Part shown: positions 7,396-12,449 of the stretch, piece after piece | Numbering within the stretch: the stretch's first letter is position 1 | How the letters are laid out: each line of letters opens with the position of its first letter | Assembly (NCBI GenBank): GCA_964627275.1 | Contig: CAZVHT010000022.1 | Location: forward strand, 1 to 14,313 | Direction: 5' to 3' | Length of the DNA stretch: 14,313 nt | Origin: an uncultured Candidatus Saccharibacteria bacterium | Lineage (GTDB): Bacteria; Patescibacteriota; Minisyncoccia; Phycocordibacterales; UBA6065 | Notes under the pieces: model-generated | What the model was told of the DNA's origin: nothing | Seen by the model: only the letters and a program-made list of their open reading frames with translations | Databases searched by the model: none | Program-made: the position numbers and the translations under genes

Positions 7396-7424
7396 CCGCA
7401 TGGTTCGCCCAGCGGTTTTGTTTT
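7396..7424 (+). terminator. Rho-independent terminator of the GC-rich operon
   Basis: CCGCatGG TTCG CCcaGCGG forms a hairpin with a UUCG tetraloop. TTTTGTTTT follows. Confidence 0.75.
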
Positions 7425-7463
7425 CGTCGGGATCGTATTCCTGCCAGGTGATATACTTTTCCC

Positions 7464-7985
7464 ATGTCAGATGCACAGAAGGTCGCAAAAACACTAACTC
7501 ACATAATAATCCCGCTTCTCGAAAAATATGATTTTCGATGGGTAATTACGGGTGGGTTTGCCTCTCATGTATATGGAGTGGAGCGTCCTATCACTGATGT
7601 GGATATAGACATCGACACCTCAAAGGACTCACCTGCCTTTAAAGCCTTCACAGGGGAACTCAAGGAATTTATTACCGAACCCCTCAATCATTTTGTTGAT
7701 CAGAATTACGATAACTATAATTTCGAAGTAACATTTGATGGCGTCATATTTGATTTCTGTCCAATGAAGGAGATGAACATTTTTGATAAGGAGACAAATA
7801 AATATATCCCGTTTTATGCAAACGGATTTCCTGATTCAGAAATGGTTGAATGGAATGGTCTTAAATTACCGCTTCTTTCAAAAGAACTCGTTATTAAAAA
7901 TAAAGAGATGTTGGTTTGGCAGAGAGAGTCAGACTTTAAAGATATTGAGCAGCTTAAGAAATTGAATAGTTTAGGTCTTAGATAA
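7464..7985 (+). CDS. Nucleotidyltransferase-fold protein
   Basis: 173 aa. The NTase signature GGFASHVYGVERPITDVDIDID fits G-[GS]-x(9-13)-D-x-D. An extended -10 (TGaTATACT, 7449-7457) ends 6 nt before the ATG, suggesting a leaderless mRNA. Confidence 0.7.
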   Translation: MSDAQKVAKTLTHIIIPLLEKYDFRWVITGGFASHVYGVERPITDVDIDIDTSKDSPAFKAFTGELKEFITEPLNHFVDQNYDNYNFEVTFDGVIFDFCPMKEMNIFDKETNKYIPFYANGFPDSEMVEWNGLKLPLLSKELVIKNKEMLVWQRESDFKDIEQLKKLNSLGLR

Positions 7986-8190
7986 TGACCGACCGACGGT
8001 TTTTCAAAGTCCCCCGCATCACCGCGGTGTGCTTTCTTTTATATAGTGAATTTAGAGGTAGGGTAAAACACAGGGATATAGATACTTGCATCATTCCTCC
8101 TCTCAAACACAGTTCTAACATCCTCCACGACGGCACCACATGTTTATTGCAAGTTGATCTAAAAACCTTTATCCCTAAACGTGAGTTTCA

Positions 8191-8346
8191 TTCTAATAAA
8201 AAGACGGGGTAGGTGGGGTTCCAAGAATATATAGTGCATCAGGCTGTATGTTGAAATTATTACATTGTCTCTCTAGCTAGTTCATACAAACCGCTAATAC
8301 TAGCCATTATCTGGTTCCAATCCTGTCCTACCTGTGCAACAATGAT
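8191..8346 (+). repeat. Copy A of a 156-bp direct repeat (candidate structured RNA or att-type junction)
   Basis: Colinear with 9364-9519 without indels, roughly four fifths identical by eye. Internal hairpin GCTAGT/ACTAGC (8276-8281/8299-8304). The 5' strand GGGGTAGG can pair with CCTACC(T) at 8327-8333. Confidence 0.7.
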
Positions 8347-8498
8347 CTGTACCCCATAAAGTGGACACGGAACGTGTATCTGCTTCCTTTTTGATTTTTT
8401 CACTTTCATTGAATAGGTCAGACATACGAGAATTATAACAAAGAACGTAATCTTGCATAAGGGTACCGTTAATGCTATATTTGCCGTGTATCAACACG

Positions 8499-8546
8499 AA
8501 AAGGGATCCGAAAGGTGTCTGTGCCTTAGGAGCCCTTTTCTTTTTT
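8499..8546 (+). terminator. Rho-independent terminator downstream of repeat copy A
   Basis: Long imperfect hairpin AAAAGGGaTCCgAAaGG ... CCTTaGGAgCCCTTTT, followed by CTTTTTT. Confidence 0.65.
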
Positions 8547-8652
8547 ATGCCACTCTATATAACTTTAAATTTTGCTTCGAGGTATACAGGATGCTTATAA
8601 ACATGATGTGGATAACTTAACCCTTATTTTAAGCCATATTTACAATATTTTA

Positions 8653-8680
8653 TTGCAATCTGGTGATAGTCGTGTATACT
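8653..8680 (+). promoter_or_regulatory. Promoter-like element facing the 3' end of the NYN gene
   Basis: TTGCAA (8653-8658), a 16-nt spacer, then TATACT (8675-8680). Confidence 0.4.
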
Positions 8681-8696
8681 ATTAGTAAGCAACTTC

Positions 8697-8719
8697 GCCG
8701 AGCCTTGTGCTCGGTTTTT
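8697..8719 (+). terminator. Rho-independent terminator (+ orientation), 5 nt beyond the NYN stop codon
   Basis: (G)CCGAGC cttgt GCTCGG(T) forms a hairpin followed by TTTTT. On the minus strand the hairpin is preceded by an A-run and not followed by a U-run. Confidence 0.65.
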
Positions 8720-8724
8720 CCGTT

Positions 8725-9354
8725 CTAGGGTTTTGGTTTTTTAATGACTGTTGGATTTCTCTCAACTGATTCTCTGATAGAATCAAGCGTCACATGCCAC
8801 GATTGCCTGAGTTCCCACGCAAACCCTTTCTCATAAGCTATAAACTTTACTCGCTTTCCTTTTTTCAGAATCTTGTCTTTTGTCCTCAGGAAATCACTAT
8901 CACCACTAAACACATAGACTATATCTAAATCCCCCAAGTCCTCCATAATTTCATCATGCATTTCAATATCGAAATTACATTTATTTCGATAGCCCTTTGG
9001 ATCAGATGGGTCTGTTATTCTCTTTAGGTCTTTAGTCGTAACATCATAACCGATTGATTTATAGTATTTCTCTAGTGTTTCAGCAATACTTCTCTCTGGT
9101 TCAGACCTTGGTTTACCCTTGTATATTCTAGCGTATTTTATTTCACTCAATTCTGAAACCCACGCTAATATTTTTTTGTAGTCACATAGCCACCCAGTAT
9201 CTTTTCCTCGTTTATACAAATTGGAATCATCTATATAAATACCCACCTTTGGTTTCGGGGGTAAAGTCTTTTTAAATTCGTATAACGATAAATATGAGCC
9301 TCTTGCCATGTCTTTTAAAATATCACGTATTTTTGTAGTTTTCAATATCGACAC
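8725..9354 (-). CDS. NYN (LabA/DUF88-like, PIN-related) domain putative ribonuclease
   Basis: 209 aa. VGIYIDDSNLY near the N-terminus and VFSGDSDF...L..GKRV later on are hallmark NYN motifs. The start is uncertain (GTG 9354 or ATG 9309), because a TATACT box abuts the GTG. Confidence 0.8.
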   Translation of the reverse strand: MSILKTTKIRDILKDMARGSYLSLYEFKKTLPPKPKVGIYIDDSNLYKRGKDTGWLCDYKKILAWVSELSEIKYARIYKGKPRSEPERSIAETLEKYYKSIGYDVTTKDLKRITDPSDPKGYRNKCNFDIEMHDEIMEDLGDLDIVYVFSGDSDFLRTKDKILKKGKRVKFIAYEKGFAWELRQSWHVTLDSIRESVERNPTVIKKPKP

Positions 9355-9363
9355 AGTATATTA

Positions 9364-9519
9364 ATTCTATTAAAAAAGGTGGGGTTGGTGGGGTTCCAAA
9401 GATATATAGTGCATCGGCCTGTAGGGTGAAATTACTAGAATGTTTCTCTTGTTAGTTCATAAAAACTACCAATACTAGCCACAATCTGATTCCAACCCCG
9501 TCCTACCTGTGCAACAAGA
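9364..9519 (+). repeat. Copy B of the 156-bp direct repeat
   Basis: Colinear with 8191-8346. GGGGTTGG (9380-9387) pairs perfectly with CCAACCCC (9491-9498). Internal hairpin GTTAGT/ACTAGC (9450-9455/9473-9478). The 3' end GTCCTACCTGTGCAACAAG resembles the tRNA-Met 3' end. Confidence 0.7.
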
Positions 9520-9560
9520 TTCGGCAGATACGGAAAAATTAGAAAATATTATATGGACAA

Positions 9561-9588
9561 AGTAAAAGCGCTCAGTGGAGCGCTTTTA
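9561..9588. terminator. Bidirectional Rho-independent terminator
   Basis: Perfect 12-bp hairpin GTAAAAGCGCTC agtg GAGCGCTTTTAC. The GC core is flanked by T-runs when read on either strand. Confidence 0.7.
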
Positions 9589-9689
9589 CTCATCATTATA
9601 GGAGTACACATAGTTAATACGAAGCTCGGAAGGTTTTCTTTCAAAACCAAGCGTGCCGTGATATGTTGTTACAGAACAGTCAAATATAT

Positions 9690-9763
9690 GTCGGCGTAGC
9701 TCAGGTAGTTAGAGCATAGCACTCATAAAGCTAAGGTCGAAGGTGCAAGTCCTTCCGCCGACA
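9690..9763 (+). tRNA. tRNA with CAU anticodon (elongator Met or lysidine-modified Ile2; cannot be distinguished here)
   Basis: Manual cloverleaf fold: acceptor GTCGGCG/CGCCGAC, D arm GCTC/GAGC, anticodon loop CTCATAA, T arm GAAGG-TGCAAGT-CCTTC. The T-loop has G at position 55, which is unusual. Confidence 0.75.
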
Positions 9764-9809
9764 CAAATACGTGATTTTTTGAGTTTTTTATGCTTAAATG
9801 ATTTTGCAT

Positions 9810-9884
9810 GCGGGTGTAGCTCAGTTTGGTTAGAGCGCTTCCCTGTCACGGAAGAGGTCGCGGGTTCGAACCCCGTCACTCGCG
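9810..9884 (+). tRNA. tRNA-Asp (GUC)
   Basis: Manual cloverleaf fold: acceptor GCGGGTG/CACTCGC, anticodon loop CTGTCAC, T arm GCGGG-TTCGAAC-CCCGT. Confidence 0.9.
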
Positions 9885-9919
9885 CAAGACTAAAAAATCT
9901 TTCTTGTTAAAATAAAGGT

Positions 9920-10375
9920 ATGAAAATAATACTATCAATAATTGTGCTGATAGTAGCATCCGTTTTAATTTTGATGTTTCTTAATCCTATACATTTTGTT
10001 AATCTGAATTTGCTGAAATTAAAGTTTATACAGGTACAGAAGATACAGCTTACAGGAACTAATCTTATTTGGCAGAAAAATTATATTGGAGGTTTAGGAT
10101 CAAACGGCACTGGTGTCTGCAATTATATGATTGGCGAGTTGCGATCATTTGATGGATCGAGAGAAGAGGTGATTGAACAATATAAGAAAGTACTGGACGA
10201 TAATAATAACACTGGAATATTATTTATGAATGATGATAAGTGGCCACTTGATTCTATTCTTTGGGATTGGCGAGGTGAATTTCTTGATCAAAATAATATT
10301 GAAGAAGGAAAATATTATATCGTCTATATTTCTCAAAAATTTCCCGCATTGTTATATAATCGATGTAAGGACTAA
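9920..10375 (+). CDS. Hypothetical protein with an N-terminal membrane anchor
   Basis: 151 aa, very AT-rich, with a hydrophobic N-terminus MKIILSIIVLIVASVLILMF. No recognisable domain. Confidence 0.5.
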   Translation: MKIILSIIVLIVASVLILMFLNPIHFVNLNLLKLKFIQVQKIQLTGTNLIWQKNYIGGLGSNGTGVCNYMIGELRSFDGSREEVIEQYKKVLDDNNNTGILFMNDDKWPLDSILWDWRGEFLDQNNIEEGKYYIVYISQKFPALLYNRCKD

Positions 10376-10492
10376 TTACTCACCAAGTTGAGCATTTCAT
10401 AGGTAAAAATCAAGTTTTATTTTTTTTGCAAAAAGACTGAATATAAACTATAGTAGGCTTTGTATTTTCGAAGTTTTAAATAAATACAGAAT

Positions 10493-10741
10493 GCCGTTGT
10501 AGCTCAGTTGGTAGAGCACGTCATTGGTGGGTCGTAACCCCTGCCCACACAAACGGTAACGTATGTGTGAATCCCGAATAACGGTTAAAGACCCTCTGGG
10601 TCAAGACCGTGGCGTTTATTTTTGCGCCCGAACGACTGACAAGGGTCTCCATAATAAATGGAGAAAGATACAGTCTAGTCCTCCCGCAAGGTGAGGTGTA
10701 AACGAATGACGAGGTCAACAGTTCAATCCTGTTCAACGGCT
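10493..10741 (+). tRNA. tRNA-Thr (GGU) interrupted by a group I intron
   Basis: Exon 1 (10493-10528) and exon 2 (10705-10741) join to a 73-nt cloverleaf: acceptor GCCGTTG/CAACGGC, anticodon stem CGTCA/TGACG, loop TTGGTAA, T arm AACAG-TTCAATC-CTGTT. It closely resembles bacterial tRNA-Thr(GGU). Confidence 0.85.
10529..10704 (+). ncRNA. Group I intron (small, Azoarcus/IC3-like layout), no internal ORF
   Basis: The 5' splice site follows U10528, which forms a wobble pair with G10543 in P1. The P2 hairpin (10546-10569) has a GUAA loop. P4 (10581-85/10606-10), an A-rich J4/5 and P5 (10590-94/10598-602) follow. P6 is 10611-14/10625-28, P7 is GACTG/CAGTC (10634-38/10671-75) and P8 is 10647-52/10658-63. 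J8/7 plus P7' reads AAAGATACAGTC, like the conserved AGATATAGTC. P9 has a GCAA loop (10680-96). The terminal G is 10704. Confidence 0.8.
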
Positions 10742-10798
10742 CAACATACGACCACTACAATATTTGACGATGGTCGTTGAATATAATATGATCGACCT

Positions 10799-11242
10799 GT
10801 GCCTAATCCAAAAAAACTTAGAATAAACTGTCCAATTTGTGGTAAAGAACCTTACCGTTCGGGATATAAATATTGTAGCAATACTTGTCAGCAGGAATAT
10901 CAATACCAATCTTATATTCGAGATTGGAAAGCGGAGAAAATAATTGGTCTACAAAAACTAGGTATAGTTTCTGGATACATCAAGAAGTATTTAAGGAGAA
11001 AATTTGGAAATAAGTGTAGTATATGTGGGTGGGCAAAAATTAATCCAAGTATTGGGTACTCTCCACTAGTCGCTGATCATATCGATGGTAATTGGCGAAA
11101 TAATGTTGAGAGTAATCTCCGGTTGATTTGTCCAAACTGTGATGCATTGACTCCAACTTATGCAGGATTAAATAGGGGAAAAGGTAGGGGGAATCGCATT
11201 CTAAGTAAGAGAGCAAAAGAGGCTAATAAAATATTAATGTAA
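10799..11242 (+). CDS. HNH endonuclease (free-standing, homing-endonuclease-like)
   Basis: 147 aa with an N-terminal CxxC...C..C zinc ribbon. The HNH core is CSICGW...LVADHIDGNWRNNVESNLRLICPNCDA. GTG start. Confidence 0.8.
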   Translation: MPNPKKLRINCPICGKEPYRSGYKYCSNTCQQEYQYQSYIRDWKAEKIIGLQKLGIVSGYIKKYLRRKFGNKCSICGWAKINPSIGYSPLVADHIDGNWRNNVESNLRLICPNCDALTPTYAGLNRGKGRGNRILSKRAKEANKILM

Positions 11243-11255
11243 TTTAATTAACTAT

Positions 11256-11329
11256 GCCAAAGTAGTTCAATGGCAGAACATTACTTTCGTAAAGTAGGAA
11301 TGTGGGTCCGATTCCCACCTTTGGCTCCA
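11256..11329 (+). tRNA. tRNA-Thr (CGU), CCA encoded
   Basis: Manual cloverleaf fold: acceptor GCCAAAG/CTTTGGC, D arm GTTC/GAAC, anticodon loop TTCGTAA, T arm GTGGG-TCCGATT-CCCAC (C at position 55, unusual), discriminator T, then CCA at 11327-11329. Confidence 0.75.
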
Positions 11330-11526
11330 TGAAATATACCCCATAAAGTGAAGTTATAATAAATATATGTACGATTTTGTAAGCAGTATAGCGAATGTAA
11401 TCGGGGAATACGTAAATAAACTGATTGACTTTTGCTCTGGAAAGAAAAATGAGCCGAAAACCGCTGTGCCAGATAAAATTGTCAATAAATCCAAACCGGC
11501 GACTTGGGTGAGAAAGAAGAAATAAA

Positions 11527-12396
11527 ATGAACAAGAATTCACAACGGATGTTGGAAATTGAAAAATTGATGGCCGATTCGGCTTTTTGGGAAAATAAAGA
11601 CCGCGCCCAGACTATTTTGAAGGAATTGAATGGTCTCAAGAGCGAGTTGGCCGAAGCGAACAAATTGGAAAACGGCAATGCCATCATCACTATTTTTTCC
11701 GGCGCCGGCGGAGATGACGCCGAAGATTTTTCTCGCATGCTTCTCCAAATGTACATGAAATACGCCGACAAACAGGGTTGGACTATACATTTTATGCATC
11801 AAAATCAGAATGATCATGGTGGTTATAGAAACGTGACATTTGAAGTTGTGGGAAAGAGCGTGTATGGAACACTTAAGAACGAGTCAGGCGTTCATCGTTT
11901 GGTGCGTATTTCACCGTTTAACGCCAAAAAGATGCGCCACACTTCCTTTTCTCTGGTAGAAGTCATTCCGAAGTTTGAAAAAATAGAACACATGCCTATT
12001 CCGCCGGAGGAAATCAGAATTGAATTCGCCAGATCGTCCGGTCCTGGCGGGCAAAATGTGAATAAACGCGAAACTGCCGTGCGCCTGGTCCACATACCCA
12101 CCAAAATCGCTGTTCATTCCGATTCCGAGCGCTCGCAAGCTCAAAATAGGGAACAGGCCATGAAAATCCTCTCGGCCAAACTCTATAAACTGCGCGAGGA
12201 CGAAAAAATCGCCCGCGAGAAAGGCATGTACATATCAAAAACCACGGACATAGAATGGGGCAATCAGATACGCTCATACGTTCTGCATCCGTATAAAATG
12301 GTCAAGGACCACAGGACGGACGCGGAAACTTCAAATGTGGATGCTGTATTGGGAGGGGAGATTGATTTGTTTATAGAGGCGGAAAAAGGGCTGTAA
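11527..12396 (+). CDS. prfB: Peptide chain release factor 2 (short form, 289 aa)
   Basis: SPF tripeptide (RISPFN), GGQ motif (GPGGQNVN) and a strongly RF2-like core. The N-terminal domain 1 is much shorter than in E. coli or B. subtilis RF2. Confidence 0.9.
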   Translation: MNKNSQRMLEIEKLMADSAFWENKDRAQTILKELNGLKSELAEANKLENGNAIITIFSGAGGDDAEDFSRMLLQMYMKYADKQGWTIHFMHQNQNDHGGYRNVTFEVVGKSVYGTLKNESGVHRLVRISPFNAKKMRHTSFSLVEVIPKFEKIEHMPIPPEEIRIEFARSSGPGGQNVNKRETAVRLVHIPTKIAVHSDSERSQAQNREQAMKILSAKLYKLREDEKIAREKGMYISKTTDIEWGNQIRSYVLHPYKMVKDHRTDAETSNVDAVLGGEIDLFIEAEKGL

Positions 12397-12449
12397 ATTT
12401 GTCAAATTATCAAAGCAAAAACATCGTTAAAACATGTTAGAATGTACAA

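Noticed and set aside
7985-8212. Plus-strand ORF of 75 aa after the nucleotidyltransferase gene.
   Set aside because: It has no recognisable motif and an atypical composition. It spans terminator-like hairpins and the start of repeat copy A, so it is probably non-coding spacer.
8236-8280. tmRNA-like reading of the 156-bp repeats. They have a GGGG 5' end that pairs with a 3' strand, a T-loop-like GGTTCCAATCC, and an internal 14-codon frame starting with GCA and ending at a TAG inside a hairpin. The frame is conserved in both copies (8236-8280 and 9410-9454).
   Set aside because: The putative acceptor stem lacks the G3-U70 alanine identity pair, and the T stem pairs poorly (3 of 5). There is no CCA or tag-like hydrophobic C-terminus (ASGCMLKLLHCLSS versus ASACRVKLLECFSC). 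Substitutions in the frame are mostly non-synonymous at the same rate as the rest of the repeat. About 130 nt is far smaller than known one-piece tmRNAs.
8314-8340. CRISPR-like repeat on the minus strand (GTTGCACAGGTAGGACAGGATTGGAAC), with a second TTGGAAC at the other end of the element.
   Set aside because: There are only two diverged copies more than 1 kb apart. There is no array of regularly spaced identical repeats, no spacers of uniform size and no cas gene in the window.
8300-8497. Minus-strand ORF of 65 aa between repeat A and the terminator.
   Set aside because: It has a GTG start and overlaps the conserved repeat. Its C-terminal part is just the translation of the tRNA-like 3' segment, and nothing else supports it.
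10521-10736. Minus-strand ORF of 71 aa.
   Set aside because: It is entirely contained in the group I intron and tRNA-Thr exons, so the RNA explanation accounts for the sequence.
11509-11511. In-frame TGA 16 nt upstream of the prfB ATG (CTT GGG TGA), considered as a read-through or recoding site, or as evidence of UGA reassignment.
   Set aside because: The upstream same-frame segment is only about 20 codons and not RF2-like. TGA clearly terminates ligA, gatC and other ORFs here, and an RF2 gene is present, so the standard code is the simplest reading.
11244-11771. Long minus-strand ORFs antisense to prfB and across tRNA-Thr(CGU). The same applies to antisense ORFs at 378..662, 1383..1682, 2869..3111, 3123..3431, 4648..5010, 5317..5640, 6107..6382, 6418..6750, 6752..7036, 7151..7465 and 13339..13881.
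   Set aside because: They are shadow ORFs opposite well-supported genes or RNA genes. They have low-complexity or odd composition and no motifs.
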